Assembly: GCA_963924565.1 (NCBI GenBank)
Contig: OZ004608.1
Coordinates: 17,546,001 to 17,610,000, forward strand
DNA: 64,000 nucleotides
Origin: Ascidiella aspersa
Lineage: Eukaryota
Direction of reading: 5' to 3'
The position numbers and the translations under genes are program-made. This document shows, in pieces, positions 11,111-23,900 of the stretch (the stretch's first letter is position 1; each line of letters starts with the position of its first letter). The notes under the pieces were generated by a model. The model worked only from the letters and a program-made list of their open reading frames with translations. It was not told where the DNA came from and made no database searches.

Positions 11111-14100
11111 GTCCGCCAATCATCCCTTTTCGCTACACTTCTGGGCGTAATTTTGTCCAGTTAAATCCAATTACGTTTAATTTTGGGCTTAATTCGACGT
11201 TTTTAGGTCTTATCTAGTCCATTTTAGATTATACTCTGCCGTGGTCATTAGCCTACTGCGAATTTGGCGTTATTATGTCGGTAGTCTTAGTAGTACTATG
11301 ATTTTATAGATTGTCTGACTTAGATGCTGTTGCTTTGTAGGTCTTATTGTGTTTTCTACTTAAAAGTACTGTGGAATCAATGAGCTAAGCCTAACAGAAG
11401 CGTATAAATACATGTTTTATATGTTAAATTATTTTTTCCTTTTGCTCGCGACGCACCTAGCAGCCTTCCATGGCGCACCAGTGCGCCGGGGGAGAAGCGC
11501 TGGCTTAAACTAAAGCACAAGATTTGGCGTCTACTGTAAGTAGTTACATTTTACTCCCTTTGGCAAAACGTCGTGCTTAGTTGTTGTGGCGGAAATAGAT
11601 TCACAATAAACGCCATTTGTTCTAACGCATCTCGCCAATCAAATTCTGATTATTTATCTTTGTCGATTAGAAGTTAAGAAAACCTTTCTGAAAGAAACGA
11701 AATTGTTTCTAGCTTTTTTTTTATTTGAAGAATACCCGTGTGCCGTGTATCGTGTTCTACAATTCACTCTATGTCATGAAAAAAACTGCAATTTGAGCAG
11801 TGGCCGTCATTTCGATAGCTGTTTTATTTCTATAGGACTAAATTTGCAGTTGAAATTTTTTCTCTTGTCTTTAAAACTCCATAGCAACCGCCTTCGCGTA
11901 ACTGGTCAGTGAAAAATGATCGGTTACAGTATTTTTATGAGTTCCAAGACAGGGCTAATTTCAAAGCTTCTCAACCAGCAATCGACAGAACAGCCCTGAG
12001 GCTATAGAACCTCAGCAAATTGGTGGCAGCGGACGTACAACTTTCTCGTTAAAACGAGAAAATTATTGAGGCCATGTTTTGTGATTGGTGAACTGTTGGC
12101 CTTGATGCTGCATACTCCACAAGATAAATGCATGTTTGCCAGTAGCGCGATGTAAATGTCTTCTCACCGCAAGATCACTCATTTATCTGTAATAAGCTGG
12201 CTAAAGGATATTATTATGAGCTCTAATGTTTTTCCAAATAGCGCCTTGTGGCAACGCCGTTCTTGACAAACCACACGTGACTCGACGGAAAGCTTTAGCT
12301 GTGTGGTACGAAGTGACGCAAATTTTTAAAGCAGTAATAAATGCTAGACCTTGAACACATCAAGCTAAATGAAAAAGTTGTTCAGCAAGTCCCGTATAGA
12401 CAATTTCACTGCCTGGATTGCAAAAGGCAAACTTAGCGCATGAGAAACGGTTTTGATTACAGCCCCGGCGAGGTTAATAGTGATAAACATTCCTAATGCT
12501 CTCACTGACATTAATATTAAAAAAATGAAGCGGCCTTAAGACTATGCACTTGAACTTAGAGTTATCGACATTCGATTTAAATTTCCGACACCACGGTTGG
12601 CAAATATTATATTTTGATGAGCCCTGCTTTAATGGATAACGTTGAACTTTTGAATAATAAGGTAAGTTCCAGCACCGGTAGCAACTATTTTATTTCATTT
12701 ACCCGCTAGAAGCGCTGTTGGTGCTTAACGTGCAAAAGGTTGTGTAAATTGTACTCCAGATAAAAAAAATTGTACTCGAGATGGAATGGAAAGAAAAAAT
12801 ATTTGGTCTAGTGGTACAAATTGTGGCAAGGGATAGCCATTTAATTTTCCAAAAATCTAGCGTATTGTAAAACTGAACAGATAGCTGACCAGGCGGGAGG
12901 TAAATGATATCAACATTTAAACTCAGTTTTTTTGACAGTTTGCTTGCACATATTATCAAAGCTTCTGATTCTGACGGCAACTATGGGGACGATAATTAAA
13001 GACAGGCGAGAAGGAAGAGAAAACACAAAATATTTTTCCAATTTTAGAAAACGTCATGCTGGAAAAAAATCGATCCACCGTCTTAAACATGGTGACCAGT
13101 GACCGCATATCTACAGATAAAAAATAAATATTAACAGAGTTATCACGTTTTTTAAGACTTAAGACGCAATATGAAATGCGTAGAGTCACAAATCGATCTT
13201 ACCTGGCGAGCACAAACCTCCCTAAAGTGAACGGGTCACAACTAAAAATGACCGAATAGCCTATGTCAAAGGACGAAAATAAGTTTGCTTAAAATATGTT
13301 TGCACAATGGTTAGAAATAATTTACCGGGGTTCGACAGATTTTTATAAAATTGGGGACGGTTCCTGGACTTATGCGTTAGATACAGTTAATTGGGATTTT
13401 ATTTATTCTGCCTTAAATGCGTTTGTTTGGGGATAAATTTATAAACTGGATAAAATGTGGCTACTCTAGACCACCAAGCAGAATAACAAATAACATTTTG
13501 TTATCAAAGGGATTGAAAATTAACATGGGGGACGACAAGCGATATTCTATCACCGACATTATTTTTACAGTAATATCTGACTCAGTCCCTTGGCAAAGAA
13601 GGGTTTAAACGAATAAAACTGAAAATAACGAATATAAAGCATCACTCCTTGCTGATAGCTCGTTAATATTCCTTCGAGGCGATCAAATTGATATGGTATT
13701 TCGTGCACTTTAATTGTTTGAAGAAATGTCCGGATGCACAGTCAATATGAAAAAAAATCCCTCGCGTTTTTCTTTATAGGCCCAAAACGGTACAAAAAAA
13801 ACCCTACGCAGAAAAGGCCTCACACGGTCAATCACGTCATTTCGTTATATAGGTGTAAAAATCCCAATTTAAGACGGAAATCAATTGATTTTGCTAAACT
13901 TTGGGAATTTAATCGGTATGACTAGCATAATCTTAAACATCTGATCCGGCGCGTTAACCCTTTTGGGACGTAGGCCTATGTATTTTAAAAAGCTTTTGTA
14001 GCTGTATTTTTACGAAAAATAAAAACAGATTATTCCACAGTTTATTTTGGACTTCAGATAGAAAATAATAGCAAATCAATCGCAATCCTCGAACTGGGAG

Positions 14101-15079
14101 GTGCAAACATGTTAAATATCGAATGTTATATTGTAGCTTTAAACCTTAAATAGATGGCAAAATTCTGGATATTGAATACAAAGCACCCTGGAAACTCTCA
14201 GAAAAAAATTAGTTATATAAATGCAGTAATGTAGTGGTTGTTTAGACTTTAGAGACAACATTTTAACAACCTCAAAACAATGCACTAAAATTGTCCCCTG
14301 CAAACAACTAGAAAAAATATCAGACCTCAAAAAATATCATTCAAGCAAAACGCACAGAAAATTAATGTGGGCGTTAAAGAGGGTCAGGCGAAAATCCCAA
14401 ACATTTTACCAAAAGCCTCTCATCGATGCAGCAATACTCGATCACCCATACTTAAGCTACTCGATTCTAAAGGCAAATACCTAAGTATAACCAACTGGCA
14501 ATACAATACAACATTCATCAAAGTACGGTAACAGCGGTTTTAAAAACTTCATTAAAATTAGTGCCGCAACAACGAAAAGTGTCGCCAAATAGTAAAATAC
14601 TCCAAATCTCATATAACCGCTATAACTGGCGTCACGATTTACTTTTTTGTAGCAAATTCCACCGAAATTTGTATTAATGTAGATACTGAACAATATATAT
14701 TGCAAGAATTATTAATTTGATAATTGTTATGGTGCTTTTGGCCTTGGATGAATATAAAATACTTTCCAATTAGACGTTAATAAGCACCTAACTGTATTCT
14801 ACGGCAACATTAAAAAGTAACAAATTATGGCAACTTTCCGCGTATGCGTTTAATTTTTACAAAGTTTTGAGGTTTATGTCTGCCGACATTGCAGTTGAAT
14901 GGTGACAATTTGATGTAGCTGTCAAAGTGTCTATAGCTGCTGGCAGCCACCAAGCACTTCAAAACCGGTAAGGAATATTTTGGGTTACCACACCGCTACA
15001 ACTAGACACATGTAACTAAAATAGAAAACTGAATAGTAGGCCGAGTAGTTACTAGCCGGAGAACAATCAGCAGAACTCG

Positions 15080-15092
15080 GTCTCCTAGCGAC
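15080..15092 (+). promoter_or_regulatory. RFX X-box-like element upstream of the CIMIP2-like gene
   Basis: GTCTCCTAGCGAC resembles the GTTNCCTAGCAAC variant. It lies in a CpG-rich patch ~680 bp upstream of the ATG of a predicted ciliary gene. Confidence 0.35.
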
Positions 15093-15761
15093 AAGACACG
15101 CCTGGCCGCCTGCGTCAACAATTCCAGGCGTTTTGGCACCTCATATTTCAGCCAACGTGGTGGAGTGAAGTTTCACTCTGTTGACGTTATGACTCGACAG
15201 CCCACTTGAAAGCAATTGTTTCGAAAGTACTCAAAATGAACAGCCCCGCGTACCAGCCTAATTTTTGTCATTTGAACGAGATTGTCAGGTTAAAATATAG
15301 GATCACAGCTGTATATGTCCGGGGAATTTCGCTTTAAATAATTAGGTATACTTGTATTCTGTCTATAGTAGGTTGATGTCTTCAGCAGAAGCCCCTTACA
15401 TTAGAAATTAAACACGCAACTTATGAATCGCTTATTGGTGGCTAGCACAGCCTCAGGTTTACTAGTGTAATTTATAAACCTTATTTTGGGGTGCTGTCAG
15501 AAACACCTGAAGATCAGCTTTTGTCCAGTAACGGCTGTGGGATTAGCCTGTATACACAAAGAGCCTAAAATAATCGCAAATGTAAACTATACAATTCTGT
15601 ACAGCCTCCACAGCGGCATTATAACATTGGAAGCGGATGAAACCAAACGTCACAAGGACTATTGTAACCATATTATTGCGTATGGAAACGCAACAATACA
15701 CTGTAAGTGGTTACCTGTAAAACAGTAAAATCACTGAAATATAGAAGCATAAAGAACAATC

Positions 15762-17305
15762 ATGGCACCCGAAACAAAACAAGCAAGTTGCCCGGTGATC
15801 GCCAACTTACCGCCTTCAAGTCACCTTAGAGACAGTGAAAGGCCGATTTGGTCCCGAGGTGGTACACTTGTAAGACGACCCCCCGTGCGACACTACATTC
15901 CCAAGCACCCTTTCTACTACACAAGTACCGAGCTCTTTGGTAAGAACTTTATGACTTATCTAGATCTATTTTAAAAACTAATATTAAGAGCCTCCATAAA
16001 ATTGGTATGCTACCTAACCTAAAAAGAATTGTTTTGTGTTTAGGTTTTTTTCATGAATTAAAAAATAAATTAACCCAAGTTGACCAAACATTCTTGCATT
16101 GGAGGATGAGTCACCTAAGAAATTTTCTGTCGATTTACCTGCGCATCAGCCTCCGGCCCTTGAATGAAGTTTGTTTGTTTTTGCAGACACGCAACACAAG
16201 ACCCAAGCCACCTACGAGGAGGAAACCAAAAAGTTCGTTGCTGCAGTGGGCGCCGAGCAGGAGGGCCTAACTAGGAGGGCCTTTTCAGCGCCTCTGAGTA
16301 GAGCGTCGAAAATGCGCACTACACCCTGTTCAAAAGAACGACTAGCACGACCAAAAACGGTAGGAAATAGTGCTGTTCGTGCGTTACTAAGAAACTGCAG
16401 TGTATTGCGAAGTTATGTATTTTGTTTTGTTTATGATAATGCAAAACAGACGTATGTTTATGTACCTTTTTAAACATCAAGTTGTTGGCATTTTTTGTAG
16501 GTTTAAAAACATGCTTTTATTTAGAGTCAAACGACCTTGAAGCGCCAAGGTCTTATCCAAATGGATCGACCAGAGGTGGTCCCCTGGCTAAGCACCCCGG
16601 TACCTGGCATGCGGACTATTGAAATGTATGATCTCTACAGACGCGCGGCTCTTGATCAAAAGAACACGAACGTTTACCACATACAGTCCGGTCTGCTACC
16701 CAAGTACATGGGCTACGTTCCCGGTAAGCAAGGGTTGCTATAGTTAGTTATTTCCGCTGTTTAGGAATCATTTTAATGAAAAGTAGTTTTATTTCACCGG
16801 GCGTCAGTGATTACAATAACACTACTCCCATGTGATTGACCGGTTGGTGGCGGCCTGCTGGTTGAAATTGTTTTACCGAACACCTTATTGTAAACGGTTC
16901 TTTTGAAAAAAAAAACAGCCAAAAAAACGGATGTACAAGAAAAAAATGGTTTGTGAAAGTTGGACGGGAGGGTGTAAAGTACAGTCTTAGTACACAACTT
17001 CCAAATCATAATGTCAATTCACCTGATCGAAATGAACGGATTATGTATGTGAATCTATAGGTTATTTATTAAAGAACAAAAACTACGTTGTTATCTACCC
17101 TATAGTGGGCAAAGTTACCAGAAGGTTCACGAGCCTACACCTGTAGATTGGACGTACAATAATAGAAGTTACTAACAGAAGCTTTATGTCATTTACAGGC
17201 CTTAAGTTTCGCTACGGATCAACATTTGGCATGTTGACGTACAACGCTAAAGAGGTCGGAGTTGAGCGAAGCGCGACCTGGGGTGGCTCTGTGTCGCTGT
17301 TTTGA
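15762..17305 (+). CDS. CIMIP2/FAM166-like (DUF2475-type) ciliary microtubule inner protein; exons 15762-15939, 16187-16359, 16525-16723, 17199-17305
   Basis: Four phase-compatible GT-AG exons. The C-terminus GLLPKYMGYVPG|LKFRYGSTFG matches the PxYxGYVPG..FRYGxT(F/Y)G repeat of FAM166-type MIPs. The exact orthologue is not determined. Confidence 0.7.
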
Positions 17306-17987
17306 CCATAAGAACCACATTATCGAAGCACCTACTTCAACTATTATGTGCTGCGGTGCCCGGTGCCGCGATTTTTAGCGCTTTTTTGAACGGTGTCAGC
17401 TTACCCAAATACACGCCGACGTGTACCGTATTTCACCGAATCGTTTGCTATGTAGGCGCACAGGCAATCTGAATGTACGATTTCGATACTGTTTTAAGGT
17501 CAGGATAACGGCCTCGTGGTTCGTCGATTGCTTCACGCGTGGCAAGTGTTGACGAAACTTCGCTCCACTACCTTTTACATGTGCCGTTTGAAATCATTTT
17601 TCTGGACTTACTTAACAAACCTCTAAGTTGTAAAATCCCATTTTACTAACTTTAGTTCCGTATAATATTAAGCTCCCGATTGCGTGCACATTTAGACCTA
17701 CCCGACTTGCGGTTTAAACCGTCAAAACAGGGGAGTTTTAAAAAGATGCTGTATCGGTTTAATAAGCTTGACCTTACGTAAACTTATTTACTTTTCTAAT
17801 TACCTAAACGAGACTATGCATATAACGATATCATTATGTTGGACACAAAATGAATACTCAACATTGACACCTATGCAGACGAAAATAAATTCGTTCGTCT
17901 GGCCAACACTTGAGACGTTGTAAAATAGTTTTATTTGATTGTGGCAGTTTGCATAGAAATGGTCAACGGTTATATATTTTGTAAAGC

Positions 17988-20900
17988 TTAGCGCTTTGTA
18001 CGCTTTTGAAAGATCTTTCTTGAGCCACTGGCTCCACCAAACGGACGTTTGCTTTTGAATTTGCTTGTTTCGTTCTTATTTTTTGGAAGTTCACCTGCTG
18101 ACTCGTACTTTTTGTGCAAGAACTCGTGCAACTGTGAAAACAGATAAATAGCTTGTATCATAACATGTTTATTTTAAAGAATTTATTACCTTATACGCCT
18201 TCATAAAGTAATGATGCCTGGTGTTTTCTCAACCTACTTCGATCGAGTGTAGGGTTCCGTACATCTATTCTAGCCTATCGTAATGTAATCAATTTAGATT
18301 TACAAAGTTTGTTTCTATCATTTTGTCCAATTACATATGTTGTCTTATATAGGTTGTAATAGTTCTAATTACCTCCGATTTGCGACTTTGCGATTACCTA
18401 TTATTTTAATAACTGTGTTTACTTTTATATCAACACTTTTTTCTCAAGAAACCTATTGTTCGTTAACAAAGTGTGTTGCGCGCAATTTCAAACTTTAATT
18501 AGTGTATAGGCTCAACAACATGCGCTAGCAGTAATACATTGATCATACATTCATGCTTAACCAAACAGCTTTTAGCTATTCACCCAAAACACATATTTTT
18601 ACCTGGTTTGCATTGACCTTGCTGTCAAGTATTTTAGCAAGCTGTTGTTCTGTAAGCTGACACAGCTCCCGCAAGTCTCCAACATGGTGAAGAACTCGGC
18701 GGCAGTTCTTGCTGTCAATTCCAGGCAATTTCAGCAGGAAATCCTGATGGTAGTAAAAAATATATTGTTAATTCTTGTATGGCAAATAGGTTCGCATTGT
18801 AGGGACGAAAATGACACAAAGCCTGTCAGCTATCTCAAGTTTTTAAGTTGATTGTACAATACTTTACTAAATTTAGAGATCATAGGGTTGATAAGAACAA
18901 GTAAAAAAAATTGTTTTTTTTAAAGGCATTGTTGCGGTCTTGCAACATCTTTAGCCGTTAGTAATTACTTAAGGAATACTAAATTAACACACTCAGTACC
19001 CCAATGGGTTTTAAACATTCGTGCATTTCATAGGCGCCGGTTACCACGCTATTTACCTCGCCACTCTGCGTTATGACTAGCATGTGATATCACTCGTTTA
19101 TTGTGTAGATAATGTTGGATCATTAGGATAGTAATAAGGATAGAAATTCGATATAGGAATTGGTATAGCATATTTGTCGCTATGTATTGCTGCCGTTTTG
19201 AAGATATATTCTATGATAAGGGAAAATGTTATGTAAACGTCTTTGATTATAGTTGTTGATTGTTAGTCCATAATGTATGCAATTTATTGTAATGCGCAAG
19301 CTCGTTTTTGTTGTCAATAATTAATAATGGTATTTACGTTTCTTGGTATTTTTGAGAATCAGGCAGATAGTCTTACTGCGGCAGAACATTAGCGCTAAGA
19401 TATAAATAACCAGAACTCACGCTAAATTGTTATTTACGGTATGTAAGGTCGTTAAATTGGTACCAGAGTATCGTAAAAGGCATTGATTAAATTATTAAAA
19501 TTTACGAACCGGGCACACGTAAATTATTACGCTATGTAACAGGTATTACCAAGCATCAGTAACAGGTATTACCAAGGTACTTCGTCATCGGTGGACACAT
19601 GATATTAAAAAACAAGCTTACATATGGTCCTGAGTTGTATTTCTGCTCACTAGACTGTTTGCCCTCGCCATTCTCTACACCGATAGCTGACGCAGTTTCG
19701 CTGTCAGGCTGCTGTCTATAAAAATTATACATAAGACATAAACAAACTTAAATTCAATAATAAGAAATACTCTAGTTTGTGTATAGATTTTTCGACAGGA
19801 AACTATTTCCTATTTTCGTATTATTATCGAGGCGTTTGAACCACAAAGGCACAGCACTAAAAGGACGAAAAAAATATTTGCGTCTCAATCGCAAAAATAG
19901 TTTCTATCGGCTGTCGACGCAATCGCTCGCTGACGCGCGGCGTTATTCTTGTCGGAGAAAAGAACCCGGCAAGTTTCCACAACTGCAGCACGTAAGCCAA
20001 GACGGCATTCACTACAGACGTGCGCCGTTGTATGCTAATCCAAAGCTTCAACCGGCACGCCAGGGAGCGTCCGAATACCTCAGCCGCCGGCCGTCTTTCT
20101 CCTGCACGGCGTTGACGTCACACCTTAGTTCGGCCGCAAACAAGCGCATCTTAGAGACTCAAGGCTGGCGCTCTGTTTCGATGTTTAAGCGACAAGCCTA
20201 TGAACGTTATCGTCAGAAAAAAATGGCTTCGTTATACTGGTAACTCAGAAATCGTTGTGAATGAATTCGACTTCAACCTAAAATCTAACTTCAGTTTTAA
20301 ATTAAAACGTACTTTAAACAAAACGCTACAAATTTTGGCATTAGTCCTGTTTGGAATCGGAGAAGCATCCGCGCGACAAACAGAACAAACTTTTAACAGG
20401 TAGATTTTTCGTTAATTTTTTGCGGATATTTCCGACATAAGTACACCGTTTAAAGGCTTTTGGACAATGTTTACGTTAGGGGTGGCAACTTTTTCTAGTC
20501 GCGGGTCTAAACTACATGTTACATTCCACGCAGAAACAAGATTGCACAAAGCAAAAAAAAATGTGAGGAATGGCCTCGTGCTCAGTTTGTAAAATAGGTC
20601 AAGGGCAGCATGATTTGCGTGGGCGGGCTGGATCTCACCCGCTGGCCGTATGTTGCTCACCCCTGGTTTACGCCATAGGCCAGGAAAAGCTTATTTTCGA
20701 TCACACAAGATTATTTCAGCCTGCTAACAAAAGCGCAGATGCAGGAACGCACCTGTTGAGCTTGATCTCGTGGAAGAGCTGGGCGGCGGCAGAGGGCGAA
20801 GAGCACCACGCTAATCGCAGTTGAGGAAAGTGGAGGAGTAGAAGACTCAACTTCTGGTTGAGCTCCTTCAGAGTCAGCTTCGCCCCCGCCAAAGTGCCGC

Positions 20901-23900
20901 GAGCCTGAAACAAAGGCTAAGGAGTTACGCAAAGCGCGTCAGTGTTTGACTGCTTGGGAAGGGTTACAAACATCAAACAAGCAAGTTAAGTTAAAAACAT
21001 ATTGTGTTGAGTCATAACGGAATGTCAAGTTGGAAACATATTGCCCAACGTCCGTTAGGAGTTATAAACAAACATCAATTAGAGTAAAAACTCATATCGA
21101 AAAACTTCTTAATTTGACGATATATACCTTTTAAAACTGTATGGCGATGTTTAACTTGTTTTTAAACATTGGGTTTGTTATGGTGATAAAATTGGTATAA
21201 ATACTCAAATCATTCGCCTGTTTAACTTTATTTACTTTACAACCAAAAATATAAATTTCTTGAGGCCACAGCCGCACCTGAAATGAAAATGCCTTGTTGG
21301 CATCAAACTCAATTAAGAGAAGCGGTTTCTTGTAGTATCTAGTCATGGCCACACACTGGCTATACAGTCGACCAGTGTTGAGGGAACCGATTAGATCGCT
21401 TATGCTCTTTCGTTCCACGCATATCTCCGGCGTGAGAATGTAGTCACCAATCTAAAAAATAATGGGCGGTTTACGTTTAAAAGAACTTTATTTAATTTTG
21501 TTAAAAATAGTACACAAGGATTGTCCACCAGAAAAAAGGGAAATTTTACACAGTTCTTTCAGTTTAGCACTTATTGGTTGACAATTTTGCCTGTAAATAG
21601 AAAATATTATAGAAAAGCACAGTGTGATTTGACTTAGTGACTTAGTAAGCTTTTTTTCATATACTGAATTGGGTTGCCTTGCCAATTTAAAATGTCCGAA
21701 AATACAGTATCGGTACAGATCCGATACCAAAATAAGGTATGTGTTTCAGACATTATTTGTGGTCCACCCACGCACTTTCTACCTTAAACGGTAATGTTTT
21801 ATAAAATAATAAATTAACAATCGAAGGTGACATACGCTTATAACGCCAAAATAATTTTTGGCTTAATAACCTGGAAAGTATTACTTTTAAACGTTTTAAT
21901 GGCAATCTTTTACTTTTCATAAATGACGCTAATCGGCATCAGTTTGAACCATGGTACTTTTTTGACCAAAATATCGGGTATCTTATATTTTTCCTGCAAA
22001 AATGTTATAACACAATAACCATAGCTTAAAACTACCTAAATTTGAAATTACTTGCTGCAGGGTTTATCTTAACATTGTTCAAATTGTTTGTTGGTTGGCG
22101 TATATAACTACACACCAAGATTGTAGAAATGTCTTCTACATAATGACAGGTAATTTTACTTACAAAAAGCTGTCCAAACACGAAAGACGTGTATTTTGCG
22201 ACCGTGAAAGCCAAAATTCTAAATTAAATAAGATGTACAACAATTAAACAGGGACAGGGACGTCATACTAACCAAGATGACCCTCGATATAATATTATCC
22301 AACTAGTTCAAATATTAAAATATCAGCACAGGCAAAATGCTTTATGAAACCCATTTGGTTTAGTACATATGTTGACCAACCTCCAGTGTGACAGGCTCGA
22401 TCTCTACTCCCCTCTTGTGGATAAGCGACGGTAGTTCGCTCCGGAATTCTCTCATATCGACGATCACGGTCTGCGTGGTGTCGGCACCTGAAGATGAGCT
22501 ACAACGCAAAATGAACTGTGAGTCTGAAACTGTTGTTTGACCTAGTGCTAATTAAAAAGTGTAGGCTATCAACTTCATTCACGCGATGCACAATAATAAC
22601 AAATCTGCAAACCTTTGCCCGCCAGCTGCCCTCGTGTTGACCTTGATTTCATAGGAGGGAGCCACACTGCGTATGAACTGTGGGTCGTCAGCACTTTTTC
22701 CCTCGCGCTCCTTCGGTACGACCATTGTCTTTAAATAAGGGAATTAAAAATACTTAACCACCACAATCTCGCCTTAAACGCGAAAACAACTCGAATGTGA
22801 GACCCGCGTTTTAGCTCTAACTGGTTAGTTCGTAGATGTGATGCAAATGGGAATTAGCTTATTAACCGTCGTCGCACAATCAAAGCAGAAAAAATAACTT
22901 CAATTTAATTACTATGATCTACCTCTTTAGGTAGACATTTACAAAATTTGAATTAGTCAAACATAAATATGACCATATGTAAACATTAACATGTCAAACT
23001 AATTTGTTTATCGAAATCGTTAAAAATATTTTACATCATCAAAAGTAAAGTTATACAGAAAAAAATAACTAATGAACTACGAGACTGATTTCCAAGTTAT
23101 AAGTTTAGATAGCTCTGTTGTTGCCATTGTTGAGGTTCAAAGAGCAAAATAATGGGCTACACTCACCGACTTTTCATGGATAAGTGAGTGAAAGGCTTCC
23201 TTTTCCCTACGAAGTGCAGTGAGATAGACCTGCTCCTCAGCGGACGACTGGTAAGTAAGGAAATACACGCGCAGGGGAACACCTGGGTGACAGGCCTTGT
23301 AGACCTCTAGTTGACGGACAAAATGCATGCTGCTGTCATACAGGACCACATACCTGCGAATACCATTGTTGTTACAATTCATTGGCCACCTAATCAAGTT
23401 TGATTTTTTGTTTAAAATCCCCATAGACAGAATCCTGATAAACCTGAGCTATTGCACGTATTTATGTTTACAAATAAAGTATTGTCTTCACGAATCAACC
23501 TGTTCTCACAAAGCAATAAAACCTGAAATTGACAAACCAGAGTAATCCAGGATCAGACAAATTTTAAAGGAATATATATATTTCGCCTATACTGGCTTCG
23601 TCAGTTGCTATAAGTAAAGTAAAATACATGTACACAGGAAAGTAACCATAAAATTAATAAAAAGTCAAAAACGTATAAAAGCCGTATAGATTAAGTTAAA
23701 GTTAAAAACAAAACATCAGGCTGTCAGAAGAAAAATATTGCTTTCTGAAAGGTGATTCAATGCAAAGCGGTGCAGGCGGACAACGCAATCTGACGTGACA
23801 TTCGATAAGAACAAGTCGAAATGGAAAGGATAAAGAAAAGTACATAGGGCATACATAGCGTAAAAGGGGTTATCTAATGCGAGGCAAAATCATTTTTGTA

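Noticed and set aside
13196-13215. CTTACCTGGC resembling the U1 snRNA 5' end
   Set aside because: Downstream sequence lacks U1 stem-loops and the Sm site; it is simply the complement of a splice donor consensus
10100-15000. Short ORFs in the midnolin-CIMIP2 intergenic region
   Set aside because: No homology or consistent exon chain could be built
20165-20220. Minus-strand CTGACGA...GAAA as a fourth hammerhead
   Set aside because: No convincing stem II or stem I pairing
19779-20243. 154-aa plus-strand ORF inside an XPF intron
   Set aside because: GTG start, no family motif and no splice support; openness is explained by GC richness
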